A DNA stretch of 64,000 bases from Paragordius varius (lineage: Eukaryota > Animalia > Nematomorpha): assembly GCA_964247055.1 (NCBI GenBank), contig OZ176058.1:3906001-3970000 (forward strand), in the 5' to 3' direction. Positions 12,601 to 29,100 of the stretch are shown in pieces. The first letter of the stretch is position 1; every line of letters begins with the position of its first letter. The translations under genes and the position numbers were made by a program. A model generated the notes under the pieces. The model was not told where the DNA came from, did not search any database, and saw only the letters and a program-made list of their open reading frames with translations.

Positions 12601-15600
12601 TTTTCCACCAACCAAATTATGTTGTCTTTTAACTTTTTAGTGTTTCCAACAATCAAATTTATATTTTCAACAATAAAATATTTTTTTCAACAATCAAAAT
12701 ATGTTTTCTTTTAACTTTTTAGTGTTTCCAACAATCAAACATATATTTTCAACAATCAAATAATTTTAACAATCAAAATATGTTCCCCAATAGCTTTATA
12801 GTGGTCCCAACAATCAAACATATATTTTCAACAATCAAATAATTTTTCAAACAATCAAAATATGTTGCCCAATAGCTTTTTAGTGTTTCCAACAATCAAA
12901 CATATATTTTCAACAATCAAATAATTTTTCCAACAATCAAAATATGTTGCCCAATAGCATTTAGTATTTCCAACAATCAAACATATATTTTCAACAATCA
13001 AATAATTTTTCCAACAATCAAAATATGTTTTCTTTTAACTTTTTAGTGTTTCCAACAATCAAACATATATTTTCAACAATCAAATAATTTTTCCAACAAT
13101 CACAAAATGTTGCCCTATAGCTTTTTAGTGTTTCCAACAATCAAATAATTTTTTCAAAAAATTAAATAATTTTTCCAACATAAAATATGTTGCCCAATTT
13201 TTAGTGTTTCCAACAATCAAACATATACTTTCAACAATCATATAATTTTTCCAACAATTAAAAATATGTTGCCCAATAGCTTTTTAGTGTTTCCAACAAT
13301 CAAACATATATTTTCAACAATCAAATAATTTATTCAACAATCAAAATATGTTTTCTTTTAACTTTTTAGTGTTTCCAACAATCAAACATATATTTTCAAC
13401 AATCAAATAATTTTAACAATCAAAATATGTTCCCCAATAGCTTTATAGTGGTCCCAACAATCAAACATATATTTTCAACAATCAAATAATTTTTCAAACA
13501 ATCAAAATATGTTGCCCAATAGCTTTTTAGTGTTTCCAACAATCAAACATATATTTTCAACTATCAAATAATTTTTCCAACAATCAAAATTTGTTGCCCA
13601 ATAGCATTTAGTATTTCCAACAATCAAACATATATTTTCAACAATCAAATAATTTTTCCAACAATCAAAATATGTTTTCTTTTAACTTTTTAGTGTTTCC
13701 AACAATCAAACATATATTTTCAACAATCAAATAATTTTTCCAACAATCACAAAATGTTGCCCTATAGCTTTTTAGTGTTTCCAACAATCAAATAATTTTT
13801 TCAAAAAATTAAATAATTTTTCCAACATAAAATATGTTGCCCAATTTTTAGTGTTTCCAACAATCAAACATATATTTTCAACAATCAAATAATTTTACCA
13901 ACAATCAAAATATGATGCCCAATAGCTTTTTAGTGTTTCCAAATATCAAACATATATTTGCACAATCAAATAATTTTTACAACAATCAAAATATGTTTTC
14001 TTTTAACTTTTTAGTGTTTCCAACAATCAAACATATATTTTCAACAATCGAATATTTTTTCCAACAATCAAAATATGTTGCCCAATAGCTTTTTATTGTT
14101 TCCAACAATCAAACATATATTTTCACCAATCAAATAATTTTTCAAACAATCAAAATATGTTGCCCAATAGCTTTTTAATGTTTCCAACAATCAAACATAT
14201 ATTTTCAACAATCAAATAATTTTTCCAACAATCAAAATATGTTGCCCAATAGCATTTAGTATTTCCAACAATCAAATAATTTTTCCAACAATCAAAATAT
14301 GTTTTCTTTTAACTTTTTAGTGTTTCCAACAACCAAACATATATTTTCAACAATCAAATAATTTTTCCAACAATCAAAATATGTTGCCCAATAGCTTTTT
14401 ATTGTTTCCAACAATCAAACATATATTTTCAAAAATCAAATGATTTTTCAAACAATCAAAATATGTTGCCCAATAGCTTTTTAGTATTTCCAACAATCAA
14501 ACATATATTTTTAACAATCAAAAAATTTTTCCAACAATCAAATTATGTTGTCTTTTAACTTTTTAGTGTTTCCAACAATCAAAAATATATTTTCAACAAT
14601 CGAATATTTTTTCCAACAATCAAAATATGTTGCCCAATAGCTTTTTATTGTTTCCAACAATCAAACATATATTTTCAACAATCAAATAATTTTTCAAACA
14701 ATCAAAATATGTTGCCCAATAGCTTTTTAGTGTTTCCAACAATCAAACATATATTTTCAACAATCAAATAATTTTTCCAACAATCAAAATATGTTGCCCA
14801 ATATCATTTAGTATTTCCAACAATCAAACATATATTTTCAACAATCAAATAATTTTTCCAACAATCAAAATATGTTTTCTTTTAACTTTTTAGTGTTTCG
14901 AACAATCAAACATATATTTTCAACAATCAAATAATTTTTCCAACAATCATAAAATGTTGCCTCATAGCTTTTTATTGTTTCCAACAATCAAATTATATTA
15001 TCTTTTAACTTTTTATTGTTTCCAACAATCAAACATATATCAACAATCAAAAAATTTTTCCACCAACCAAATTATGTTGTCTTTTAACTTTTTAGTGTTT
15101 CCAACAATCAAATTTATATTTTCAACAATAAAATATTTTTTTCAACAATCAAAATATGTTTTCTTTTAACTTTTTAGTGTTTCCAACAATCAAACATATA
15201 TTTTCAACAATCAAATAATTTTAACAATCAAAATATGTTCCCCAATAGCTTTATAGTGGTCCCAACAATCAAACATATATTTTCAACAATCAAATAATTT
15301 TTCAAACAATCAAAATATGTTGCCCAATAGCTTTTTAGTGTTTCCAACAATCAAACATATATTTTCAACAATCAAATAATTTTTCCAACAATCAAAATAT
15401 GTTGCCCAATAGCATTTAGTATTTCCAACAATCAAACATATATTTTCAACAATCAAATAATTTTTTCAACAATCAAAATATGTTTTCTTTAAACTTTTTA
15501 GTGTTTCCAACAATCAAACATATATTTTCAACAATCAAATAATTTTTCCAACAAAAACAAAATGTTGCCCTATAGCTTTTTAGTGTTTCCAACAATCAAA

Positions 15601-15849
15601 TAATTTTTTCAAAAAATCAAATAATTTTTCCAACATAAAATATGTTGCCCAATTTTTAGTGTTTCCAACAATCAAACATATACTTTCAACAATCAAATAA
15701 TTTTTCCAACAATTAAAAATATGTTGCCCAATAGCTTTTTAGTGTTTCCAACAATCAAACATATATTTTCAACAATCAAATAATTTATTCAACAATCAAA
15801 TTATGTTGTCTTTTAACTTTTTAGTGTTTCCAACAATCAAACATATATT

Positions 15850-18800
15850 TTCAACAATCGAATATTTTTTCCAACAATCAAAATATGTTGCCCAATAGCT
15901 TTTTATTGTTTCCAACAATCAAACATATATTTTCACATATATTTTCAACAATCAAATAATTTTTCAAACAATCAAAATATGTTGCCCAATAGCTTTTTAG
16001 TGTTTCCAACAATCAAACATATATTTTCAACAATCAAATAATTTTTCCAACAATCAAAATATGTTGCCCAATAGCATTTAGTATTTACAACAATCAAACA
16101 TATATTTTCAACAATCAAATAATTTTTCCAACAATCATAAAATGTTGCCTCATAGCTTTTTATTGTTTCCAACAATCAAATTATATTATCTTTTAACTTT
16201 TTATTGTTTCCAACAATCAAACATATATCAACAATCAAAAAATTTTTCCAACAACCAAATTATGTTGTCTTTTAACTTTTTAGTGTTTCCAACAATCAAA
16301 CTTATATTTTCAACAATAAAATATTTTTTCCAACAATCAAAATATGTTTTCTTTTACCTTTTTAGTGTTTCCATCAATCAAACATATATTTTCAACAATC
16401 AAATAATTTTTCCAACAATCAAAATATGTGCTTTTAACTTTTTATTGTTTCCAACAATCAAACATATATTTTAAACAATCAAATAATTTTTCCAACAATC
16501 ATAATATGTTGCCCCATAGCTTTTTATTGTTTCCAACAATCAAATTATATTATCTTTTAACTTTTTATTGTTTCCAACAATAAAACATATATTTTCAACA
16601 ATCAAATAATATTTCCAAAAATCAAAATATGTTGCCCAATAGCTTCTTATTCCCAACAATCAAACATATATTTTCAACAATCAAATAATTTTTCCAACAA
16701 TCAAATTATGTTTTATTTTAACTTTTTAGTGTTTCCAACAATCAAACATATTTTTTCAACAATCAAATAATTTTTTCAACATTAATATGTTGCCCAATAG
16801 CTTTTTAGTGTTTCCAACAATCTAACATATATTTTCAACAATCAAATAATTTTTCCAAAAATAAAATTATGTTTCGTTTTTTTAGTGTTTCCAACAATCA
16901 AACATATATTTTCAACAATCAAATAATTTTTGCAACAATCAAAATATGTTTTCTTTTAACTTTTTAGTGTTTCCAACAATCAAACATATATTTTCAACAA
17001 TCAAATTATTTTTCCAACAATCAAAATATGTTGCCCAATAGCTTTTTATTGTTTCCACAATCAAACATATATTTTCAACAATCAAATGATTTTTCAAACA
17101 ATCAAAATATGTTGCCCAATAGCTTTTTAGTATTTCCAACAATCAAACATATATTTTTAACAATCAAATAATTTTTCCAACAATCAAATTATGTTGTCTT
17201 TTAACTTTTTAGTGTTTCCAACAATCAAACATATATTTTCAACAATCAAATAATTTTTCCAACAATCAAAATATGATGCCCAATAGCTTTTTAGTGTTTC
17301 CAACAATCAAACATATATTTGCACAATCAAATAATTTTTACAACAATCAAAATATGTTTTCTTTTAACTTTTTAGTGTTTCCAACAATCAAACATATATT
17401 TTTAACAATCGAATATTTTTTCCAAAAATCAAAATATGTTGCCCAATAGCTTTTTATGTTTCCAACAATCAAACATATATTTTCACCAATCAAATAATTT
17501 TTCAAACAATCAAAATATGTTGCCCAATAGCTTTTTAGTGTTTCCAACAATCAAACATATATTTTCAACAATCAAATAATTTTTCCAACAATCAAAATAT
17601 GTGCTTTTAACTTTTTATTGTTTCCAACAATCAAACATATATTTTAAACAATCAAATAATTTTTCCAACAATCATAATATGTTGCCCCATAACTTTTTAT
17701 TGTTTCCAACAATCAAATTATATTATCTTTTAACTTTTTATTGTTTCCAACAATAAAACATATATTTTCAACAATTAAATAATATTTCCAAAAATCAAAA
17801 TATGTTGCCCAATAGCTTCTTATTCCCAACAATCAAACATATATTTTCAACAATCAAATAATTTTTCCAACAATCAAATTATGTTTTATTTTAACTTTTT
17901 AGTGTTTCCAACAATCAAACATATATTTTCAACAATCAAATAATTTTTCCAACAATCAAAATATGTTGCCCAATAGCTTTTTAGTATTCCCAACAAACAA
18001 ACATATATTTTCAACAATCAAATAATTTTTGCAACAATAAAAATATGTTGCCCAATAGCTTTTTAGTATTCCCAACAATCAAACATATATTTTCAACAAT
18101 CAAATAATTTTTCCAACAATCAAAATATGTGCTTTTAACTTTTTATTGTTTCCAACAATCAAACATATATTTTCAACAATCAAATAATTTTTCCAACAAT
18201 CATAATATGTTGCCCCATAGCTTTTATTGTTTCCAACAATCAAATTATATTATCTTTTAACTTTTTATTGTTTCCAACAATAAAACATATATTTTCAACA
18301 ATCAAATAATTTTTCCAACAATGAAATTATGTTTTCTTTTAACTTTTTATTGTCAACAATCAAACATATATTTTCAACAATCAAATAATATTTCCAAAAA
18401 TCAAAATATGTTGCCCCATAGCTTTTTATTGTTTCCAACAATCAAATTATATTATCTTTTAACTTTTTATTGTTTCCAACAATAAAACATATATTTTCAA
18501 CAATTAAATAATATTTCCAAAAATCAAAATATGTTGCCCAATAGCTTCTTATTCCCAACAATCAAACATATATTTTCAACAATCAAATAATTTTTCCAAC
18601 AATCAAATTATGTTTTATTTTAACTTTTTAGTGTTTCCAACAATCAAACATATTTTTTCAACAATCAAATAATTTTTTCAACATTAATATGTTGCCCAAT
18701 AGCTTTTTAGTGTTTCCAACAATCTAACATATATTTTCAACAATCAAATAATTTTTCCAACAATCAAATCATGTTTTCTTTTAACATTTCAGTGTTTCCA

Positions 18801-20800
18801 ACAATCAAACATATATTTTCAACAATCAAATAATTTTTCCAACAATCACAAAATGTTGCCCAATAGCTTTTTAGTGTTTCCAACAATCAAACATATATTT
18901 TCAACAATCAAAGAATTTATTCAACAATCAAATTATGTTGTCTTTTAACTTTTTAGTTTCCAACAATCAAACATATATTTTCAACAATCGAATATTTTTT
19001 CCAACAATCAAAATATGTTGCCCAATAGCTTTTTATTGTTTCCAACAATCAAACATATATTTTCAACAATCAAATAATTTTTCAAACAATCAAAATATGT
19101 TGCCCAATAGCTTTTTAGTGTTTCCAACAATCAAACATATATTTTCAACAATCAAATAATTTTTCCAACAATCAAAATATGTTGCCCAATAACATTTAGT
19201 ATTTCCAACAATCAAACATATATTTTCAACAATCAAATAATTTTTCCAACAATCAAAATATGTTTTCTTTTAACTTTTTAGTGTTTCCAACAATCAAACA
19301 TATATTTTCAACAATCAAATAATTTTTCCAACAATCACAAAATGTTGCCCTATAGCTTTTTTTTGTTTCCAACAATCAAATTATATTATCTTTTAACTTT
19401 TTATTGTTTCCAACAATCAAACATATATCAACAATCAAAAAATTTTTCCAACAACCAAATTATGTTGTCTTTTAACTTTTTAGTGTTTCCAACAATCAAA
19501 CTTATATTTTCAACAATAAAATATTTTTTCCAACAATCAAAATATGTTTTCTTTTACCTTTTTAGTGTTTCCATCAATCAAACATATATTTTCAACAATC
19601 AAATAATTTTTCCAACAATCAAAATATGTGCTTTTAACTTTTTATTGTTTCCAACAATCAAACATATATTTTAAACAATCAAATAATTTTTCCAACAATC
19701 ATAATATGTTGCCCCATAGCTTTTTATTGTTTCCAACAATCAAATTATATTATCTTTTAACTTTTTATTGTTTCCAACAATAAAACATATATTTTCAACA
19801 ATCAAATAATATTTCCAAAAATCAAAATATGTTGCCCAATAGCTTCTTATTCCCAACAATCAAACATATATTTTCAACAATCAAATAATTTTTCCAACAA
19901 TCAAATTATGTTTTATTTTAACTTTTTAGTGTTTCCAACAATCAAACATATTTTTTCAACAATCAAATAATTTTTTCAACATTAATATGTTGCCCAATAG
20001 CTTTTTAGTGTTTCCAACAATCTAACATATATTTTCAACAATCAAATAATTTTTCCAAAAATAAAATTATGTTTCGTTTTTTTAGTGTTTCCAACAATCA
20101 AACATATATTTTCAACAATCAAATAATTTTTGCAACAATCAAAATATGTTTTCTTTTAACTTTTTAGTGTTTCCAACAATCAAACATATATTTTCAACAA
20201 TCAAATTATTTTTCCAACAATCAAAATATGTTGCCCAATAGCTTTTTATTGTTTCCACAATCAAACATATATTTTCAACAATCAAATGATTTTTCAAACA
20301 ATCAAAATATGTTGCCCAATAGCTTTTTAGTATTTCCAACAATCAAACATATATTTTTAACAATCAAATAATTTTTCCAACAATCAAATTATGTTGTCTT
20401 TTAACTTTTTAGTGTTTCCAACAATCAAACATATATTTTCAACAATCAAATAATTTTTCCAACAATCAAAATATGATGCCCAATAGCTTTTTAGTGTTTC
20501 CAACAATCAAACATATATTTGCACAATCAAATAATTTTTACAACAATCAAAATATGTTTTCTTTTAACTTTTTAGTGTTTCCAACAATCAAACATATATT
20601 TTTAACAATCGAATATTTTTTCCAAAAATCAAAATATGTTGCCCAATAGCTTTTTATGTTTCCAACAATCAAACATATATTTTCACCAATCAAATAATTT
20701 TTCAAACAATCAAAATATGTTGCCCAATAGCTTTTTAGTGTTTCCAACAATCAAACATATATTTTCAACAATCAAATAATTTTTCCAACAATCAAAATAT
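15850..20800 (+). repeat. Duplicated about 1.7-kb block at 3200-bp offset
   Basis: Identical or near-identical translated frames at 16142/19342, 16939/20139 and 17347/20547. Confidence 0.85.
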
Positions 20801-20899
20801 GTTGCCCAATAGCATTTAGTATTTCCAACAATCAAATAATTTTTCCAACAATCAAAATATGTTTTCTTTTAACTTTTTAGTGTTTCCAACAACCAAACA

Positions 20900-21890
20900 T
20901 ATATTTTCAACAATCAAATAATTTTTCCAACAATCAAAATATGTTGCCCAATAGCTTTTTATTGTTTCCAACAATCAAACATATATTTTCAACAATCAAA
21001 TAATTTTTCCAAAAATAAAATTATGTTTCGTTTTTTTAGTGTTTCCAACAATCAAACATATATTTTCAACAATCAAATAATTTTTGCAACAATCAAAATA
21101 TGTTTTCTTTTAACTTTTTAGTGTTTCCAACAATCAAACATATATTTTCAACAATCGAATATTTTTTCCAACAATCAAAATATGTTGCCCAATAGCTTTT
21201 TATTGTTTCCAACAATCAAACATATATTTTCAACAATCAAATATTTTTTCAAACAATCAAAATATGTTGCCCAATAGCTTTTTAGTGTTTCCAACAATCA
21301 AACATATATTTTCAACAATCAAATAATTTTTCCAACAATCAAAATATGTTGCCCAATATCATTTAGTATTTCCAACAATCAAACATATATTTTCAACAAT
21401 CAAATAATTTTTCCAACAATCAAAATATGTTGCCCAATAGCTTTTTATTGTTTCCAACAATCAAACATATATTTTCAACAATCAAATAATTTTTCCAAAA
21501 ATAAAATTATGTTTCGTTTTTTTAGTGTTTCCAACAATCAAACATATATTTTCAACAATCAAATAATTTTTGCAACAATCAAAATATGTTTTCTTTTAAC
21601 TTTTTAGTGTTTCCAACAATCAAACATATATTTTCAACAATCGAATATTTTTTCCAACAATCAAAATATGTTGCCCAATAGCTTTTTATTGTTTCCAACA
21701 ATCAAACATATATTTTCAACAATCAAATATTTTTTCAAACAATCAAAATATGTTGCCCAATAGCTTTTTAGTGTTTCCAACAATCAAACATATATTTTCA
21801 ACAATCAAATAATTTTTCCAACAATCAAAATATGTTGCCCAATATCATTTAGTATTTCCAACAATCAAACATATATTTTCAACAATCAAA
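20900..21890 (+). repeat. 486-bp (6-monomer) tandem duplication
   Basis: GTTTCG variant at 21025 and 21511 with the same neighbouring monomers. Confidence 0.85.
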
Positions 21891-24800
21891 TAATTTTTCC
21901 AACAATCAAAATATGTTGTCTTTTAACTTTTTATTGTTTCCAACAATCAAACATATATTTTCAAAAATCAAATAATTTTTCCAACAATCAAATTATGTTG
22001 TCTTTTAAGTTTTTAGTGTTTCCAACAATCAAACATATATTTTCAACAATCAAATAATTTTACCAACAATCAAAATATGATGCCCAATAGCTTTTTAGTG
22101 TTTCCAACAATCAAACATATATTTGCACAATCAAATAATTTTTACAACAATCAAAATATGTTTTCTTTTAACTTTTTAGTGTTTCCAACAATCAAACATA
22201 TATTTTCAACAATCAAATAATTTTTCAACAATCATAAAATGTTGCCTCATAGCTTTTTATTGTTTCCAACAATCAAATTATATTATCTTTTAACTTTTTA
22301 TTGTTTCCAACAATCAAACATATATCAACAATCAAAAAATTTTTCCACCAACCAAATTATGTTGTCTTTTAACTTTTTAGTGTTTCCAACAATCAAACCT
22401 ATATTTTCAACAATAAAATATTTTTTTCAACAATCAAAATATGTTTTCTTTTAACTTTTTAGTGTTTTTAACAATCAAACATATATTTTCAACAATCAAA
22501 TAATTTTAACAATCAAAATATGTTCCCCAATAGCTTTATAGTGGTCCCAACAATCAAACATATATTTTCAACAATCAAATAATATTTCCAAAAATCAAAA
22601 TATGTTGCCCAATAGCTTCTTATTCCCAACAATCAAACATATATTTTCAACAATCAAATAATTTTTCCAACAATCAAATTATGTTTTATTTTAACTTTTT
22701 AGTGTTTCCAACAATCAAACATATTTTTTCAACAATCAAATAATTTTTTCAACATTAATATGTTGCCCAATAGCTTTTTAGTGTTTCCAACAATCTAACA
22801 TATATTTTCAACAATCAAATAATTTTTCCAAAAATAAAATTATGTTTCGTTTTTTAGTGTTTCCAACAATCAAACATATATTTTCAACAATCGAATATTT
22901 TTTCCAACAATCAAAACATGTTGCCCAATAGCTTTTTATTGTTTCCAACAATCAAACATATATTTTCAACAATCAAATAATTTTTCAAACAATCAAAATA
23001 TGTTGCCCAATAGCTTTTTAGTGTTTCCAACAATCAAACATATATTTTCAACAATCAAATAATTTTTCCAACAATCAAAATATGTTGCCCAATATCATTT
23101 AGTATTTCCAACAATCAAACATATATTTTCAACAATCAAATAATTTTTCCAACAATCAAAATATGTTTTCTTTTAACTTTTTAGTGTTTCCAACAATCAA
23201 ACATATATTTTCAACAATCAAATAATTTTTCCAACAATCATAAAATGTTGCCTCATAGCTTTTTATTGTTTCCAACAATCAATTTATATTATCTTTTAAC
23301 TTATTATTGTTTCCAACAATCAAACATATATCAACAATCAAAAAATTTTTCCACCAACCAAATTATGTTGTCTTTTAACTTTTTAGTGTTTCCAACAATC
23401 AAACTTATATTTTCAACAATAAAATATTTTTTTCAACAATCAAAATATGTTTTCTTTTAACTTTTTAGTGTTTCCAACAATCAAACATATATTTTCAACA
23501 ATCAAATAATTTTAACAATCAAAATATGTTCCCCAATAGCTTTATAGTGGTCCCAACAATCAAACATATATTTTCAACAATCAAATAATTTTTGCAACAA
23601 TAAAAATATGTTGCCCAATAGCTTTTTAGTATTCCCAACAATCAAACATATATTTTCAACAATCAAATAATTTTTCCAACAATCAAAATATGTGCTTTTA
23701 ACTTTTTATTGTTTCCAACAATCAAACATATATTTTCAACAATCAAATAATTTTTCCAACAATCATAATATGTTGCCCCATAGCTTTTATTGTTTCCAAC
23801 AATCAAATTATATTATCTTTTAACTTTTTATTGTTTCCAACAATAAAACATATATTTTCAACAATCAAATAATTTTTCCGACAATGAAATTATGTTTTCT
23901 TTTAACTTTTTATTGTCAACAATCAAACATATATTTTCAACAATCAAATAATATTTCCAAAAATCAAAATATGTTGCCCAATAGCTTCTTATTCCCAACA
24001 ATCAAACATATATTTTCAACAATCAAATAATTTTTCCAACAATCAAATTATGTTTTATTTTAACTTTTTAGTGTTTCCAACAATCAAACATATTTTTTCA
24101 ACAATCAAATAATTTTTTCAACATTAATATGTTGCCCAATAGCTTTTTAGTGTTTCCAACAATCTAACATATATTTTCAACAATCAAATAATTTTTCCAA
24201 AAATAAAATTATGTTTCGTTTTTTAGTGTTTAAAACAATCAAACATATATTTTCAACAATCAAATAATTTTTGCAACAATCAAAATATATTTTCTTTTAA
24301 CTTTTAGTGTTTCCACCAATCAAACATATATTTTCAACAATCAAATAATTTTTGAAACAGTTAAAATATGTTGCCCAATAGCTTTTTAGTATTCCCAACA
24401 ATCAAACATATATTTTCAACAATCAAATAATATTTAGAACAATCAAAATATGTTTTCTTTTAACTTTTAGTGTTTCCAACAATCAAACATATATTTTCAA
24501 CAATCAAATAATTTTTCCAACAATCTAAATATGTTGCCCAATAGCTTTTTAGTATTCCCAACAAACAAACATATATTTTCAACAATCAAATAATTTTTCC
24601 AACAATTAAAATATGTTTTCTTTTAATTTTAGTGTTTCCAACAATTAAACATATATTTTCAACAATCAAATAATTTTTCCAACAATCAAAATATGTTGTC
24701 TTTTAACTTTTTAGTGTTTCCAACAATCAAACATATTTTTTCAACAATCAAATAATTTTTTCAACAATCATATGTTGACCAATAGCTTTTTAGTGTTTCC

Positions 24801-26123
24801 ATCAATCTAACATATATTTTCAACAATCAAATAATTTTCTAATTATGTTTTCTTTTTTTAGTGTTTCCAACAATCAAACAAATATTTTCAACAATCAAAT
24901 AATTTTTCCAACAATCAAAATATGTTGCCCAATAGCTTTTTATTGTTTCCAACAATCAAAAATATATTTTCAACAATCAAATAATTTTTCCAACAATCAT
25001 AATATGTTTTCTTTTAACTTTTAGTGTTTCCAACAATCAGACATATATTTTCAACAATCAAATAATTTTTCCAACAATCAAAATATGTTGTCTTTTAACT
25101 TTTTATTGTTTCCAACAATCAAACATATATTTTCAAAAATCAAATAATTTTTCCAACAATCAAATTATGTTGTCTTTTAACTTTTTAGTGTTTCCAACAA
25201 TCAAACATATATTTTCAACAATCAAATAATTTTACCAACAATCAAAATATGATGCCCAATAGCTTTTTAGTGTTTCCAACAATCAAACATATATTTGCAC
25301 AATCAAATAATTTTTACAACAATCAAAATATGTTTTCTTTTAACTTTTTAGTGTTTCCATCAATCAAACATATATTTTCAACAATCGAATAATTTTTCAA
25401 ATCGAAATATGTTGCCCAATAGCTTTTTAGTGTTTCCAACAATCAAACATATATTTTCAACAATCAAATAATTTTTCAAACAATCAAAATATTTTGCCCA
25501 ATAGCTTTTTAGTGTTTCCAACAATCAAACATATATTTTCAACAATCAAATAATTTTTCCAACAATCAAAATATGTTGCCCAATAGCAATTAGTATTTCC
25601 AACAATCAAACATATATTTTCAACAATCAAATAATTTTTCCAACAATCAAAATATGTTTTATTTTAACTTTTTAGTGTTTCCAACAATCAAACATATATT
25701 TTCAACAATCAAATAATTTTTCCAACAATCATAAAATGTTGCCCCATAGCTTTATATTGTTTCCAACAATCAAATTATATTATCTTTTAACTTTTTATTG
25801 TTTCCAACAATCAAACATATATCAACAATCAAAAAATTTTTCCACCAACCAAATTATGTTGTCTTTTAACTTTTTAGTGTTTCCAACAATCAAACTTATA
25901 TTTTCAACAATAAAATATTTTTTTCAACAATTAAAATATGTTTTCTTTTAACTTTTTAGTGTTTCCAATAATCAAACATATATTTTCAACAATCAAATAA
26001 TTTTAACAATCAAAATATGTTCCCCAATAGCTTTATAGTGGTCCCAACAATCAAACATATATTTTCAACAATCAAATAATTTTTGCAACAATAAAAATAT
26101 GCCCAATAGCTTTTTAGTAATCC

Positions 26124-29100
26124 CAACAATCAAACATATATTTTCAACAATCGAATATTTTTTCCAACAATCAAAATATGTTGCCCAATAGCTTTTTATT
26201 GTTTCCAACAATCAAACATGTATTTTCAACAATCAAATAATTTTTCAAACAATCAAAATATGTTGCCCAATAGCTTTTTAGTGTTTCCAACAATCAAACA
26301 TATATTTTCAACAATCAAATAATTTTTCCAACAATCAAAATATGTTGCCCAATAGCATTTAGTATTTCCAACAATCAAACATATATTTTCAACAATCAAA
26401 TAATTTTTCCAACAATCAAAATATGTTGTCTTTTAACTTTTTATTGTTTCCAACAATCAAACATATATTTTCAAAAATCAAATAATTTTTCCAACAATCA
26501 AATTATGTTGTCTTTTAACTTTTTAGTGTTTCCAACAATCAAACATATATTTTCAACAATCAAATAATTTTACCAACAATCAAAATATGATGCCCAATAG
26601 CTTTTTAGTGTTTCCAACAATCAAACATATATTTGCACAATCAAATAATTTTTACAACAATCAAAATATGTTTTCTTTTAACTTTTTAGTGTTTCCAACA
26701 ATCAAACATATATTTTTAACAATCGAATATTTTTTCCAACACTCAAAATATGTTGCCCAATAGCTTTTTAGTGTTTCCAACAATCAAACATATATTTGCA
26801 CAATCAAATAATTTTTACAACAATCAAAATATGTTGCCCAATAGCTTTTTAGTGTTTCCAACAATCAAACATATATTTTCAACAATCAAATAATTTTTCA
26901 AACAATCAAAATATGTTGCCCAATACCTTTTTAGTGTTTCCAACAATCAAACATATATTTTCAACAATCAAATAATTTTTCCAACAATCAAAATATGTTG
27001 CCCAATAGCATTTAGTATTTCCCTCAATCAAACATATATTTTCAACAATCAAATAATTTTTCCAACAATCAAAATATGTTTTCTTTTAACTTTTTAGTGT
27101 TTCCAACAATCAAACATATATTTTCAACAATCAAATAATTTTTCCAACAATTATAAAATGTTGGCTCATAGCTTTTTATTGTTTCCAACAATCAAATTAT
27201 ATTATCTTTTAACTTTTTATTGTTTCCAACAATCAAACATATATAAACAATCAAAAAATCTTTCCACCAACCAAATTATGTTGTCTTTTAACTTTTTAGT
27301 GTTTCCAACAATCAAACTTATATTTTCAACAATAAAATATTTTTTTCAATCAAAATATGTTTTCTTTTAACTTTTTAGTGTTTCCAACAATCAAACATAT
27401 ATTTTCAACAATCAAATAATTTTAACAATCAAAATATGTTCCCCAATAGCTTTATAGTGGTCCCAACAATCAAACATATATTTTCAACAATCAAATAATA
27501 ATTCCAACAATCAAAATATGTTTTCTTTTAAAATTTTAGTGTTTCCAACAATCAAACATATATTTTCAACAATCAAATAATTTTTCCAACAATCATAATA
27601 TGTTGCCCCATAGCTTTTATTGTTTCCAACAATCAAATTATATTATCTTTTAACTTTTTATTGTTTCCAACAATAAAACATATATTTTCAACAATCAAAT
27701 AATTTTTCCAACAATGAAATTATGTTTTCTTTTAACTTTTTATTGTCAACAATCAAACATATATTTTCAACAATCAAATATATCTCCAAAAATCAAAATA
27801 TATTGCCAGCTTCTTATTCCCAACAATCAAACATATATTTTCAACAATCAAATAATTTTTCCAACAATCAAATTATGTTTTATTTTAACTTTTTAGTGTT
27901 TCCAACAATCAAACATATTTTTTCAACAATTAAATAATTTTTTCAACATTAATATGTTGCCCAATAGCTTTTTAGTGTTTCCAACAATCTAACATATATT
28001 TTCAACAATCAAATAATTTTTCCAAAAATAAAATTATGTTTCGTTTTTTAGTGTTTCCAACAATCAAACATATATTTTCAACAATCGAATATTTTTTCCA
28101 ACAATCAAAATATGTTGCCCAATAGCTTTTTATTGTTTCCAACAATCAAACATGTATTTTCAACAATCAAATAATTTTTCAAACAATCAAAATATGTTGC
28201 CCAATAGCTTTTTAGTGTTTCCAACAATCAAACATATATTTTCAACAATCAAATAATTTTTCCAACAATCAAAATATGTTGCCCAATAGCATTTAGTATT
28301 TCCAACAATCAAACATATATTTTCAACAATCAAATAATTTTTCCAACAATCAAAATATGTTGTCTTTTAACTTTTTATTGTTTCCAACAATCAAACATAT
28401 ATTTTCAAAAATCAAATAATTTTTCCAACAATCAAATTATGTTGTCTTTTAACTTTTTAGTGTTTCCAACAATCAAACATATATTTTCAACAATCAAATA
28501 ATTTTACCAACAATCAAAATATGATGCCCAATAGCTTTTTAGTGTTTCCAACAATCAAACATATATTTGCACAATCAAATAATTTTTACAACAATCAAAA
28601 TATGTTTTCTTTTAACTTTTTAGTGTTTCCAACAATCAAACATATATTTTTAACAATCGAATATTTTTTCCAACAATCAAAATATGTTGCCCAATAGCTT
28701 TTTAGTGTTTCCAACAATCAAACATATATTTGCACAATCAAATAATTTTTACAACAATCAAAATATGTTGCCCAATAGCTTTTTAGTGTCTCCAACAATC
28801 AAACATATATTTTCAACAATCAAATAATTTTTCAAACAATCAAAATATGTTGCCCAATACCTTTTTAGTGTTTCCAACAATCAAACATATATTTTCAACA
28901 ATCAAATAATTTTTCCAACAATCAAAATATATTGCCCAATAGCATTTAGTATTTCCCTCAATCAAACATATATTTTCAACAATCAAATAATTTTTCCAAC
29001 AATCAAAATATGTTTTCTTTTAACTTTTTAGTGTTTCCAACAATCAAACATATATTTTCAACAATCAAATAATTTTTCCAACAATTATAAAATGTTGGCT

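Larger units (their letters stand above)
1..17900 (+). repeat. About 8.9-9.1 kb super-repeat (two diverged copies, 1-8879 and 8880-about 17900)
   Basis: The 102-bp monomer and CAAACTTTCAAC variant at 61-180 recur at offset 8879. The offset falls to 6680 after the 1953-bp duplication and a 246-bp deletion (4721/11401). The block at 7073-7860 recurs near 16142-16950. Confidence 0.75.
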
